Below, one piece after another: positions 1 to 14,407 of a DNA stretch of 64,000 nt. Where the stretch lies: NCBI GenBank assembly GCA_035502495.1, contig DATJUK010000141.1:22545-86544 (forward strand), written 5' to 3'. Made by a program: the position numbers and the translations under genes. The notes below the pieces were generated by a model. The model worked only from the letters and a program-made list of their open reading frames with translations, had not been told where the DNA came from and searched no databases. This DNA is from Solirubrobacterales bacterium (GTDB lineage: Bacteria > Actinomycetota > Thermoleophilia > Solirubrobacterales > 70-9). Positions within the stretch are counted from its first letter, which is position 1. The number at the start of each line of letters is the position of its first letter.

Positions 1-146
1 CGGGGCGTGGAAGCCGGTCGCGTCGGGGGCGGGCGAGGCGGTCCGCTTGAGATCGCGGAAGGCGCTCCGGGCGATCACCAGGAGGAACAGGAAGAGGACG
101 GCCAGGAAGCCGAATTTCAGCGCGGTCGATAGGGGGTCGTAGGCCA
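1..146 (-). CDS. Partial CDS (N-terminus only, continues past window start): small membrane-anchored protein, possibly FhaB/FipA-like
   Basis: GTG at 146 preceded by an AAGGTGA SD-like motif. Translation VAYDPLSTALKFGFLAVLFLFLLVIARSAFRDLKRT.. gives one hydrophobic helix. It lies directly downstream of the fhaA-like gene, where fhaB sits in actinobacteria. No FHA domain is visible inside the window, so the product is a guess. Confidence 0.3.
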
Positions 147-199
147 CTCGCTCGTCACCTTAGTGTCGGTCCAGGCCTGAGGCCAGATGGACATCGGCC

Positions 200-976
200 C
201 TACTGCTCGACGTCGAACAGGAAGGTCGTGGTGCCGACGGTCACCTGGTCGCCTGGGCTGAGCCGGGTGGAGGTGACGCGGCGGCCGTTCACCTTGATCC
301 CGTTGGTCGAGCCGAGGTCGACGATCTGCCATTCGCCCGAATCGGCGCGGCGCAGCTCGGCGTGACGACGGGACACGTTGGGGTCGGCGAGCACGCACTC
401 GGCCGACTTCGAGCGGCCGATCGTGGCGCGCGGGCCGTCGAAGACGTAGCGGCGGTCGTCGAGCGAGATCACCGCCCGGGTGGAGACCAGCGCGCGGACG
501 TCCTGCTCGGGTTCTTTGGGGCGGGTGCGGTCGCGCTCGCGGACCGCCGAGTAGACCATCGTGTGGCCCTCTTCGCCCTGCCGCGGGGCCTCGCCCTCGT
601 GGACCGGCGCCTTCACCATCCGCGGCTGGATCCCGAACTCGCCGAGGCGGAGCCGCTCGTCGGTCTGGAATTCCACCGCGGGCCGGGTCAGCAGGTCATA
701 ACCGCGGCGGCGGGCGTGCTCGAGCAGGTAGCCGGAGAGCTCCTGCTCCAGCGAGCGCTCGTAGCCTTCGAGCTTCGAGCGGTCCTGGCGCGAGAGGAAC
801 ACCGTGTACTCGTTGGGGACGTAGACGCGCTGCACCGACGCCGTCTTGTGGGCGTCCATTTCCTTCGCCAGTTTGCGGGCCAGTTCGACCGGCTGCACCT
901 CGGAGCTGAAGGCGCGCGAGAAGACACCCTCGACGAGGCCTTCGATCCCGGACTCGAGTCTGCGGAGAAGAGCGAT
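200..976 (-). CDS. fhaA: FhaA-like protein (DUF3662-type N-domain plus C-terminal FHA domain)
   Basis: C-terminus ..GRSKSAECVLADPNVSRRHAELRR..WQIVDLGSTNGIKVNGRRV.. is a typical FHA domain. N-terminal LLRRLESGIEGLVEGVFSRAFSSEVQPVELARKL matches the FhaA N-domain. Stop at 200-202. The start is unresolved: first canonical in-frame start is GTG at 898, and the conserved N-terminus reaches at least an ATC codon at 976. Confidence 0.8.
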   Translation of the reverse strand: MALLRRLESGIEGLVEGVFSRAFSSEVQPVELARKLAKEMDAHKTASVQRVYVPNEYTVFLSRQDRSKLEGYERSLEQELSGYLLEHARRRGYDLLTRPAVEFQTDERLRLGEFGIQPRMVKAPVHEGEAPRQGEEGHTMVYSAVRERDRTRPKEPEQDVRALVSTRAVISLDDRRYVFDGPRATIGRSKSAECVLADPNVSRRHAELRRADSGEWQIVDLGSTNGIKVNGRRVTSTRLSPGDQVTVGTTTFLFDVEQ

Positions 977-1047
977 CGGAACTGCTCCTTCGGTGACTAG
1001 TGCGTGGGCAGGGTCAAGTCTCCGCCTCGGCGGAGGAAGCGCAGATT

Positions 1048-1962
1048 CTACGGGAGGACCAGCCCATGGCCGAGCACGAGCAGCGCGCCGACGGTGGCGG
1101 CGATCCCGATCGCGCCGAGCCTGAGGCCGATGTGAGAGGGCCCTGAGTGGGGATGGTCGGCGAGCTGGTCGAGGGAGTCCTCGATCGCCGTGCCCAGTTC
1201 CTCCAGCGAGGGCCGGTGGCGCGGGCGCGGGTCGAGGCAGGCGTCGATCTCCTCGGTCAGCTCGCGCGGCAGGTCGGGACGCAGCCGGTGCAGCGGCCGG
1301 GCGCGCCTGCCGATCGAGCGGACGGTGGCCACCGCGTTGCCGCGGCGGTGCGGATTTTCGCCGCTCCAGCACTCGTACAGGGTGAGGGCGAGCGAGTAGA
1401 CGTCGGCCTCGGGGCCGGCCTCGCGCCCCTCCGCCTGCTCCGGCGACATGTAGGCGAGCGTGCCGACCACGTCGCCGGTGGCGGTCAGGCCCGCGGCGTC
1501 GGCGACCAGGGCGATGCCGAAGTCCATCAGCTTGGCCCGCGGCTGGCCGTCGACCACCTGGACGTTCTGCGGCTTGATGTCGCGATGGACGACGCCGCGC
1601 GAGTGGGCGTGGTCGAGCGCTTCGCAGAGGTCGGCGCCGATCTCGCCGATCTCGCGGTCCGAGAGGGCTTCCTCGGCGGCGCAGCCGGCGAGCGTCTCGC
1701 CCTCGACCAGCTCGGAGACGAGCAGCGCGTTGCCGTCCTCCTCCCCCATCTCGTAGAGGGTGACGATGCCGGGATGGTTGAGCCGGGCGGCGGCCTGCGC
1801 CTCGCGCAGGACCCGGCGCCCCGCCTCGCCGCGCTGCTCGATCGCCTTCACCGCCACCGGGCGCTCGAGCCTGCCGTCCCAGGCCTCGTAGACGACGCCG
1901 AAGCCGCCGCTGCCGATGCGGCGCTCGATCAGGAAGCGATCCAATACCAGCGAGCCGACCAA
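1048..1962 (-). CDS. Hanks-type Ser/Thr protein kinase with a single C-terminal transmembrane helix
   Basis: GSGGFGVVY..VAVK (ATP site), HRDIKPQN (catalytic loop), DFG, and APE-like SPEQ motifs. C-terminal LRLGAIGIAATVGALLVLGHGLVLP is hydrophobic. TTG start at 1962. Confidence 0.9.
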   Translation of the reverse strand: MVGSLVLDRFLIERRIGSGGFGVVYEAWDGRLERPVAVKAIEQRGEAGRRVLREAQAAARLNHPGIVTLYEMGEEDGNALLVSELVEGETLAGCAAEEALSDREIGEIGADLCEALDHAHSRGVVHRDIKPQNVQVVDGQPRAKLMDFGIALVADAAGLTATGDVVGTLAYMSPEQAEGREAGPEADVYSLALTLYECWSGENPHRRGNAVATVRSIGRRARPLHRLRPDLPRELTEEIDACLDPRPRHRPSLEELGTAIEDSLDQLADHPHSGPSHIGLRLGAIGIAATVGALLVLGHGLVLP

Positions 1963-2183
1963 AGCCTCTACGTCTTCGCCGGGGAGCTCCTTCCTCCTGC
2001 GCGGCTATGGTTGGGAAAAAGGCACCGCACGCGGCAGGTCGAAAGGGATGGCGATCCGCAGTCGCCATACTCCCCCGCCAGCCAAACCAGCCCTTGGAGA
2101 GCCGTTTCTTGGAGTACTCGACCTCACGCGGCGCGAGCCGGCGCCCCCGCCGGCCCAGCCGCCGCCCCGAACGCCAGCAGATC

Positions 2184-3152
2184 ATGCTGCGGCGCCTGCT
2201 CGCCCTCGGCGGGGCCCTGATCGTGCTGATCCTGATCGTGCTCGGGGTGAAGGGGTGCCTTGACGCGCGGGCTCGCGGGGCGCTCTCCGACTACGCGCGG
2301 AACGTCGAACAGATCGTCAACGAGACGAATCAGACGAGCAAGTCCTTCTTCGGGCTGCTCGAAGATCCCCACAACCTCTCGGTCACCGAATTCACCGGCA
2401 AGGTGAACGCCGAACGCAGCGCGATGGAGAACTACCTCTCGCGCGTCGAAGGGCTGAGCGCTCCGGGCGAAATGGGAAGCGCGCAGAAGTCGCTCGAACT
2501 CGTCTACGTGCTGCGCAACTCGGCGATGGAACAGATCGCCGAGAAAATGCCTACCGCGCTCGGCGAAGCCGGGGCGCCGAAGGCCACCGCGGCGATCGCC
2601 CGCCAGATGCAGAAGCTGCTCGCCGGCGACGTGATCTACGAAACCGTGACCCGACCCGAAATCGACGGCAAGCTCGCCGACAACGGGCTGGAAAGCGACG
2701 ACGTGCCGAAGAGCACCTTCCTCCCCGACGGCACCAAGTGGCTCGACGAAGCCGAAGTGAAGGCCGCGGTGGGCAAGGTGAGCGGGTCGAGCGCCGGCAA
2801 CACCACCTCCGGCCTGCACGGCCTCGGCCTGATCGGCGTGCGGATCGGCGAAACCGAACTCTCCAGCGAAGTCCCGACCACGGTGGTCACCGAAGGCACG
2901 CCGGAAGTCGAAGTCGAAGTCCAGAACCAGGGCGAATCGACCGAGAACGGGGTCACCGTGGTGGTGACCGCGAACGGGAAAGAAACGACGCAGGAAATCC
3001 CGGCGATCGAAGCCGGTGCCACCGAAACCGCGGTGGTGCCGCTGACGCCGACGCCGGAAGGCGAAACGACGCTCGAAGTCGAAGCCGAACCGGTGCCGGG
3101 CGAGCACGTGACCGAAAACAACGAAGCCACCTACACGGTCAACTTTGAATAG
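2184..3152 (+). CDS. Membrane-anchored exported protein with C-terminal CARDB-like beta domain
   Basis: ATG at 2184 followed by the TM helix LLALGGALIVLILIVLGV. The C-terminal EVEVEVQNQGESTENGVTVVVTANG...ENNEATYTVNF pattern resembles CARDB domains. The upstream part of track ORF 2007..3152 is Arg/Pro-rich and not credible. Confidence 0.7.
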   Translation: MLRRLLALGGALIVLILIVLGVKGCLDARARGALSDYARNVEQIVNETNQTSKSFFGLLEDPHNLSVTEFTGKVNAERSAMENYLSRVEGLSAPGEMGSAQKSLELVYVLRNSAMEQIAEKMPTALGEAGAPKATAAIARQMQKLLAGDVIYETVTRPEIDGKLADNGLESDDVPKSTFLPDGTKWLDEAEVKAAVGKVSGSSAGNTTSGLHGLGLIGVRIGETELSSEVPTTVVTEGTPEVEVEVQNQGESTENGVTVVVTANGKETTQEIPAIEAGATETAVVPLTPTPEGETTLEVEAEPVPGEHVTENNEATYTVNFE

Positions 3153-3176
3153 CGCGAGCCAGGTGGCTACTCACTG

Positions 3177-4019
3177 ATGCGGATCGCCTACCTGGGACCG
3201 GCCGGGACCTTCACCGAAGACGCGCTCACCGAAGCGCTCGGCGGCAACGACTTCGAGCCGCTGCGCACCGACACCGTCTTCGACGCGATCAGCGCCGTGA
3301 TCCAGGGCAGCGCCGACCGGGCGCTGGCCCCCTACGAGAACTCGATCGAGGGCTCGGTGCGGGGGACGCTCGACATCCTCGCCTTCGAAGCGCCGGACGT
3401 CGCGATCGTCGGCGAGCACGACTACCCGGTGCGCCAGCACCTGATCGTCAAGGAGGGCGTCGAGCTCGGCCAGGTCGAGGCCGTCCTCTCCCACCAGCAG
3501 GGCCTGGCCCAGACCGCCCGGTTCCTGCGCGAGAACCTGCCCGGGGTCGAACTGCGGAGCGTCAGCTCGACCGCGGCGGCGGTGCGGATGGTCTCCGAGT
3601 CCCCGCGGCCGTGGGCGGCGATCGGCTCGCGCGCGGCGGCGCGGCTCTACGGCTGCGAGATCCTGCGCGAGGGGATCCAGGACGAGGCGAACAACGTCAC
3701 CCGCTTCGTCTGGGTGGCCCCGGAGGGCGCCGAGCCGGAGCCCGCGGCGGCCGACGCGCAGTGGAAGACCTCGCTGATCTTCTCCGAGCTCGGCGAGGAT
3801 CATCCCGGCGCCCTGGTCGCGGCGCTGAGCGAGTTCTCCTCGCGGGGGCTCAACCTCTCGCGGATCGAGTCGCGCCCCCTGCGCTCCGAACTCGGCCGCT
3901 ACTTCTTCTTCGTCGACGTCGACGGAAAGCTCGACCTCGAGCCCGTGGCCGAGGCGATCGAGGCGCTGCGCGGCAAGGCCGAATCGGTCCGCATCCTCGG
4001 CTCCTACCCGATCATCTGA
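3177..4019 (+). CDS. pheA: Prephenate dehydratase (PDT plus ACT domains)
   Basis: MRIAYLGPAGTFTE.., NVTRFVWV and ESRP..GRYFFFVDVDG motifs typical of PheA. Confidence 0.9.
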   Translation: MRIAYLGPAGTFTEDALTEALGGNDFEPLRTDTVFDAISAVIQGSADRALAPYENSIEGSVRGTLDILAFEAPDVAIVGEHDYPVRQHLIVKEGVELGQVEAVLSHQQGLAQTARFLRENLPGVELRSVSSTAAAVRMVSESPRPWAAIGSRAAARLYGCEILREGIQDEANNVTRFVWVAPEGAEPEPAAADAQWKTSLIFSELGEDHPGALVAALSEFSSRGLNLSRIESRPLRSELGRYFFFVDVDGKLDLEPVAEAIEALRGKAESVRILGSYPII

Positions 4020-4055
4020 GTCGCCGCTTCCGTCCCCGCTTACAATTCCCGCACC

Positions 4056-4565
4056 ATGGCCAGGGTGCTGGTGCTCAATGCGACGTATGAGCCGATCAAC
4101 GTCTGCACTTTGCGACGCGCCGCCGTGCTGCTCCTGAAGGAAAAGGCCGAGCTCCTCGAGCAGCGTGACGGCGGCGCCCTCCACTCCGAGCACATGACGA
4201 TGGAGCGCCCCGACGTGATCCGCCTGGTCAACTACGTCCGCATCCCCCGCGAGGCCCACCGCCGCAAGATCACCCGCCGCGCCGTCCTCGCCCGTGACTC
4301 CTGGACCTGCCAGTACTGCGGCTCGACCAAGTCCGGCCTCACCGTCGACCACGTCATCCCCCGCTCCCGCGGCGGCGAATCGGTCTGGGAGAACATCGTC
4401 GCCGCCTGCGCCACCTGCAACCGCAAGAAGGGCAATCGGCTGCCGCGGGAGATCCACATGCATCCGAAGAACTCCCCCAAGGCTCCTGCCCCGACGGTGT
4501 TCATCCAGGTCGCCAGCCCGAAGATCCCGGCGACCTGGCAGCAGTACTTGCCGCAGGCTGCTTAG
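4056..4565 (+). CDS. HNH endonuclease family protein
   Basis: CQYCG..LTVDHVIPRSRGG..WENIVAACATCNRKKGNR is a Cys4 plus HNH motif. Confidence 0.85.
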   Translation: MARVLVLNATYEPINVCTLRRAAVLLLKEKAELLEQRDGGALHSEHMTMERPDVIRLVNYVRIPREAHRRKITRRAVLARDSWTCQYCGSTKSGLTVDHVIPRSRGGESVWENIVAACATCNRKKGNRLPREIHMHPKNSPKAPAPTVFIQVASPKIPATWQQYLPQAA

Positions 4566-4582
4566 TTCGGAGGGTTTGCGAG

Positions 4583-4696
4583 GGAGGGAGGCCTGACCCT
4601 CACCTCACTCAGACTCGCGCTGGATCGCCGGTGGCCCGTCCGAGATCGCCACCGGGCGCTCGTTCACGTCGTTCGGAGAGGGTCAGGCCTCCCTCC
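4583..4696 (+). repeat. Hairpin repeat element, type 1 (CTGACCCTC-type arms), copy A
   Basis: The 19-bp arm GGAGGGAGGCCTGACCCTC (4583-4601) is the exact reverse complement of 4678-4696. Core CTCACTCAGACTCGCGCTGG..GGGCGCTCGTTCACGTCGTTCGGAG is shared with copies at 15900, 16246 and (degraded) 4789. Inner 6-bp hairpin GGTGGC/GCCACC. Confidence 0.85.
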
Positions 4697-4788
4697 ACCG
4701 GCCAGCGCCCAGGGTTCGCAACCAGCTCTCGACCAGGTGCGGACGGGACGAGCCTCGGTGGGGCTTCGGCCGACTCCCGCGTCCGTTA

Positions 4789-4898
4789 GAGGGGGCTGGG
4801 GCACCCTCCGAACGGCGTGAACGAGGGGCCGCAAACATCCTCGGACGGGAGCCGGCAACCATCCCCGAGTCTAGTGAGGAGGGTGCCCCAGCCCCCTC
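4789..4898 (-). repeat. Hairpin repeat element, type 2 (GGGGCACCCTCC-type arms), copy B, inverted relative to copy A
   Basis: Perfect 21-bp arms GAGGGGGCTGGGGCACCCTCC / GGAGGGTGCCCCAGCCCCCTC. The core is the reverse complement of the family core, but more diverged, and the inner hairpin is lost. Confidence 0.8.
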
Positions 4899-4916
4899 CC
4901 CCTGTGGCCTGTTGAG

Positions 4917-7475
<2,559 letters not shown>

Positions 7476-7577
7476 CAGCTGACCCTCCTGCAATTCGGGG
7501 CATCTCGGCGTCCTCGGTCGACTCGCTCCCCGCGTCCACCGACCTGCTTGATTTTCGGAGGCTCAGAAGCCAGGTGG

Positions 7578-10445
<2,868 letters not shown>

Positions 10446-10449
<4 letters not shown>

Positions 10450-11570
10450 GCGGCCTCCGCGCCGGGCTCGGCGCTCTCGTCCGCGCTGCCGTCGTCGACC
10501 GCTCCCGGGCTCGGCATCCGCACCGTCGACTCGCGCGCCCGCGCGGGCAGCGACTCTTCGTCGGCCGCCGTGATCAGCGTCTGCCCCCCGGCCGCGAGGC
10601 GGGCGACGAGCAGCTCGCGTCGGCCCGGGTCGAGCTCGCTCATCACGTCGTCGAGCAGCAGCAGCGGGGTGACCCGCCGGGCGTGGAGGAGCGCCTCGCG
10701 CTCGGCGAAGAGCAGGGCCAGGAGGGCGGCGCGCTGCTGGCCCTGCGAGCCGTACTTGCGCAGCGCCCGGCCGCCGGCGTTCAGCTTCACCTCGTCGAGG
10801 TGGGGGCCCCAGGAGCCGCGCCCCAGTTTGAGGTCGGCGTCGCGGCGCTCGCGCAGGCCTTCGCGGATCGCCGCAGCGTCGCCCTCCGCCCGCGGCGCGT
10901 AGACCAGCTCGCCATCGGCGAGCCCGAGCTCCTCCAGCGCCGCGGCGAAGGCGGGCGCCAGCTCCTCGACCGCCTCGGCCCGCGCCGCCACCAACGGCGC
11001 GGCGGCCTCGGCGAGGCCGGCGTCCCAGACGTCGAGCGCCTCGGTTGACCCGTATCCGGCGGCGACGCGGGAGACCATCGCGTTGCGCTGGGCGAGCGCC
11101 TGGCCGAAGCGCTTGCGCAGCTCGCCGCGGGCGGGCCAACGGGCGGCGAGAAAGCCGTCGAGATGGGCGCGGCGCTGCGCCGGCGGGCCCTTGACCAGGT
11201 TCAGGCGGTCGGGCGCGAAGACCGCCACCGGCGGCCGCGAGCGGGCGATCGTCGCCGGGTCGGCGGCCTGGCCGTCGAGCAGGTGGCGGCGGCCCTCGGT
11301 GCGGCTCACCGAGGCGAGCAGGCGCCGCTCGATCCCGTCCTCGTCGCGCACCGTCGCCTCGGCCCGCGCCAGGCCGGCGCCGAACGGGATCAGGTCGCGC
11401 CGGTCCGAGGTCCGGAACGAGCGGCCGGTGAGGGCGAAGTAGAGCGCCTCGGCCAGGTTGGTCTTGCCGACGCCGTTGGGCCCGACGACGCTGGTGATCC
11501 CCGGCCCCAGCGGCACGCGGACGCGCTCGAGGCTGCGGAGCGGGCGGGCCTCGATCGCGGTGACCAGCAC
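10446..11570 (-). CDS. recF: DNA replication and repair protein RecF
   Basis: Walker A GPNGVGKTNLAEALY, signature ..GSQGQQRAALLAL.., Walker B LLLLDDV. Confidence 0.95.
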
Positions 11571-11585
11571 CGGACCTCGCCCGCC

Positions 11586-12692
11586 CTAGACGTTCAGGCG
11601 GATCGGCATCACGAGGTAGCGGAAGTCCTCGTTGTCGACCGGCTGCATCAGGCCCGGTCGCAGCGGCGAGATCAGCCGCAGCAGCACCTCGTCCCCGGCG
11701 ACGCTTTCGATCCCCTCGCGCAGGTAGTCGGGGTTGAAGCCGATCTCCATCGGCTCGCCCTCGAAGGCCGCGGGCATCGTCTCGCGCGCGTCGCCGACGT
11801 CCGGCGTCTCCGCCGACACGGTCAGCTCGCCCGGCTCGAAGGAGAACCGCAGCGGCGCGTTGCGCTGGGCCAGCTGGCTGATCCGGCGGGCCACGTCGAG
11901 GAATTCGCCGCGCGGCAGGCGCACGTCGTGCTCGTAGGACTCGGGGAGCAGCTGGCGGAAGTTCGGGAACTGGCCCTCGATCAGCCGCGTGGTCAGGGTG
12001 ATCGACCCGGCCTCGAAGATCGCCTGGTTGGTCTGCAGGGTTATCGCCGCCGCGTCGACGCCCTCGCCGGCCAGGATCCGGGCCAGCTCGCGCAGCGCCC
12101 GGGCCGGGATGTTGGCCTCGATCTCGCCGGTCAGCGGCGTCTCCAGCTCGGTCCGCTTCACCGCGAGGCGGTAGGAGTCGGTGGCGACCATGGTCATCTC
12201 GTTCCCGGCGGCGGTGACGAAGACCCCGGTCAGCACCGGGCGCATGTCGTCGCGCGAGGCGGCGCGGGCGACGAGGTCGATGCTCTCGGCCAGGGCCGGC
12301 GCCGGGATCCGGATCGGCTCGCCGTCGGTGCTCGGCAGCGTCGGGAAGTCCTCGGCCGGCAGCACCCGCAGGTGGAAGCTGGAGCCGCCGCTGCGGATCT
12401 CGACGTCGCGCTCGGCCTCGCGCGTCTCGATCTCCACCGTGTCGTCGGCGAGCGAGCGAGCGACTTCGGCCAACAGTTTGCCGGGGAGGAGGACCGAGCC
12501 GTCGGTCTCCACGGTGGCCTCGACCGCGGTGCGCAGGCCGAGGTCGAGGTCGGTGGCGGACAGGGTCACCGAGCCCTCGCCCGCCTCGAGCAGGACGCCG
12601 GAGAGGGCCTGGGTCGCGGCGCGGGTCGAGACCGCACGCGAGACGGTGGAGAGCTTGGCGACGAGTTCTTCGCGTTTGGTCGTGAGCTTCAA
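11586..12692 (-). CDS. dnaN: DNA polymerase III beta sliding clamp
   Basis: Full-length DnaN-like three-domain protein ending ..YLVMPIRLNV. Canonical position between dnaA and recF. Confidence 0.95.
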   Translation of the reverse strand: MKLTTKREELVAKLSTVSRAVSTRAATQALSGVLLEAGEGSVTLSATDLDLGLRTAVEATVETDGSVLLPGKLLAEVARSLADDTVEIETREAERDVEIRSGGSSFHLRVLPAEDFPTLPSTDGEPIRIPAPALAESIDLVARAASRDDMRPVLTGVFVTAAGNEMTMVATDSYRLAVKRTELETPLTGEIEANIPARALRELARILAGEGVDAAAITLQTNQAIFEAGSITLTTRLIEGQFPNFRQLLPESYEHDVRLPRGEFLDVARRISQLAQRNAPLRFSFEPGELTVSAETPDVGDARETMPAAFEGEPMEIGFNPDYLREGIESVAGDEVLLRLISPLRPGLMQPVDNEDFRYLVMPIRLNV

Positions 12693-12880
12693 AAGATCGA
12701 GATTGCCTTGTGGAGTTGGTTTAGGTCCTGTGGAAAGAAGACGGGATGAAGACTATTCCGCGACGCAAGGCCGAATGCGGCCTGTGGATGCGGCTGTGGG
12801 CGGGCGTGGATTCTGACAGTGGCGGCGGCGGGCCGGGCTCAGGCCTGTGGGCGGCCCGCGGTGGGGCTGTGGATGGCTGT
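12693..12880. promoter_or_regulatory. Candidate oriC: cluster of same-orientation DnaA-box-like TGTGGA motifs in the dnaA-dnaN spacer
   Basis: TGTGGAGTT 12709, TGTGGAAAG 12729, TGTGGATGC 12783, CGTGGATTC 12805 and TGTGGATGG 12868, plus weaker TGTGGGCGG at 12795 and 12846 (reverse complement of TTATCCACA-type boxes). The locally AT-richer stretch aaaagatcgagatt lies at about 12690. Confidence 0.6.
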
Positions 12881-14167
12881 GCGTAACTCGGCGACCTTCT
12901 GGCTGAGCGCCTGGTCCTCGCCGAGGCTCGCTTCGACCCGGCGCAGGCTGTTCAGCACCGTCGTGTGATCGCGGCCGCCGTAGAGCCGGCCGATCTGCGG
13001 GAGCGAGAGCTCGGTCAGCTCGCGGGTCAGGTAGATCGCCACCTGACGAGCCCGCAGCGGCGTGGCGGCACGGCTCGAACCGACCAGCTCGGCGCGGGAG
13101 ATGCCGAAGCGTTCGGCGACCTGCTGCTGGATCTCCTCCACGGACGTGGCCTGGGCGCTCCTGCTGCCGCGCGGGATCACCTCGGCGATCAGCTCGGAGC
13201 TGAGCGGCTTGGCGAGCAGGGAGGCGTGGGCGATCACCCGGGTCAGGGCACCGTGCAGTTGGCGGACGTTGGCATCGATCCGCTGGGCGAGCTCGCCTAG
13301 CGCTTCGGAGTCGGCGATCTCGATCCCGGCCTCCTCGACCAGGTGGCGGAGGACGGTGAGCCGGGTAGCCAGGTTCGGCGGCTCGACCGGGATCGTCAGG
13401 CCCCACTCGAAGCGATCGCGGAGGCGTGAGGCGAGGGTCGAGAGCTCGCTCGGGATGCGGTCGGCGCTGAGCACGAGCTGGCTGCCGGACTCGTACAGGG
13501 CGTTGAAGGTGTGGAAGAACTCCTCTTCGGTGGCGGGCTTGCCCTCGAGGAACTGGACGTCGTCGATGAGCAGCACGTCGATGTCCCGGTAGCGCGCCTT
13601 GAAGGCATCGGCGCCTGTCGATTTGAGCGCCCCGACGAACTCGTTGGTGAACGACTCGGCGGTGGTGTAGCGGACGCTGAGGCCCGGAGCGTTGTCGTTC
13701 AGGTAGTTGGCGATCGCCGCCAGCAGGTGGGTCTTGCCGAGCCCCGGCGGGCCGTGCAGGAAGAGCGGGTTGTAGGCCTCCGAGGGAGCCTCGGCGACGG
13801 CGAGCGCGGCACCGTGGGCGAGGCGGTTGCCGGGACCGATGACGAAGCGGTCGAAGGTGTAGCTGGGGTTCAGCTCGGGGCCGGGGGAGATCGCCTCGGC
13901 CAGCTCGCGCGGCATCGTGAAGCTCACCTGGCTCAGCCCGCTGCCGCCCGCGCCGAGGGCCTGGGAGATCAGTCCCGAGTAGCGTCGTTCGGCCCAGGCC
14001 CGGATCCCCTCCGGAGCTTCCAGGTAGAGCGTGTCGGCGTCGGACCCGACCGCTTTCAGCGGCTCCAGCCAGAGGCGGTAGGTCGACTCCGGGACCGATC
14101 CTTCTAGGCGTTCCTGGGCGGTTCGCCAGAGGGCGTCGAGGTCTGTTGGGGAGGAGTCGTCAGGCAC
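12839..14167 (-). CDS. dnaA: Chromosomal replication initiator protein DnaA
   Basis: AAA+ Walker [12 protein letters not shown], box VII, and C-terminal DNA-binding ..[15 protein letters not shown]. Start set at GTG 14167. The track ORF start at 14278 would overlap rpmH. Confidence 0.96.
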   Translation of the reverse strand: MPDDSSPTDLDALWRTAQERLEGSVPESTYRLWLEPLKAVGSDADTLYLEAPEGIRAWAERRYSGLISQALGAGGSGLSQVSFTMPRELAEAISPGPELNPSYTFDRFVIGPGNRLAHGAALAVAEAPSEAYNPLFLHGPPGLGKTHLLAAIANYLNDNAPGLSVRYTTAESFTNEFVGALKSTGADAFKARYRDIDVLLIDDVQFLEGKPATEEEFFHTFNALYESGSQLVLSADRIPSELSTLASRLRDRFEWGLTIPVEPPNLATRLTVLRHLVEEAGIEIADSEALGELAQRIDANVRQLHGALTRVIAHASLLAKPLSSELIAEVIPRGSRSAQATSVEEIQQQVAERFGISRAELVGSSRAATPLRARQVAIYLTRELTELSLPQIGRLYGGRDHTTVLNSLRRVEASLGEDQALSQKVAELRTAIHSPTAGRPQA

Positions 14168-14251
14168 CGGGGGCGGCGACGATAGCGCCGTGATTTGCTG
14201 GGGGATCCGGGCCAACCGCAAATGCCGGGGAAAAGATTTCTCGCGGGTCCC

Positions 14252-14257
14252 TATACT
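14252..14257 (+). promoter_or_regulatory. Possible -10 element (TATACT) for rpmH, implying a very short or absent leader
   Basis: TATACT fits the TANNNT form and lies 11 nt upstream of the rpmH ATG. No convincing -35 was seen. Confidence 0.25.
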
Positions 14258-14267
14258 CCCGCCGGCA

Positions 14268-14402
14268 ATGAAGCGCACTTACCAGCCAAAGAAGCGGAAG
14301 CGGGCGAAGACCCACGGTTTCCGCGCCCGCATGAGCACCCGCGGTGGCCGCGCCGTCCTGCAGCGTCGCCGGCGCAAAGGTCGGAAGCGCCTCACCCCCT
14401 GA
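14268..14402 (+). CDS. rpmH: 50S ribosomal protein L34
   Basis: [44 protein letters not shown]. Confidence 0.96.
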   Translation: MKRTYQPKKRKRAKTHGFRARMSTRGGRAVLQRRRRKGRKRLTP

Positions 14403-14407
14403 GCCCG

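Noticed and set aside
2060-2080. Small perfect inverted repeat ATGGCGA-TCCGCAG-TCGCCAT in the divergent spacer between the kinase gene and the CARDB-like gene, considered as an operator.
   Set aside because: A 7-bp stem in GC-rich DNA is not distinctive, and there is no second copy or adjacent regulator gene.
977-2185. The 661-aa reading of ORF 200..2185, which would fuse an Arg/Pro/Gly-rich 400-aa N-terminus to the FhaA-like protein.
   Set aside because: The upstream part overlaps the well-supported kinase gene in another frame and has no protein-like composition. Only the last ~260 codons resemble FhaA.
4583-4898. CRISPR array or integron attC interpretation of the hairpin repeats.
   Set aside because: There are only two copies per locus, they are in inverted rather than direct orientation, and spacing is irregular (92 versus 233 bp). 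No cas or intI genes are present, and the ends do not fit the attC GTTRRRY / RYYYAAC core sites.
14168-14267. The dnaA-rpmH spacer as the origin of replication.
   Set aside because: It is only 100 bp and has no TGTGGA/TCCACA-type boxes. The dnaA-dnaN spacer carries the box cluster.
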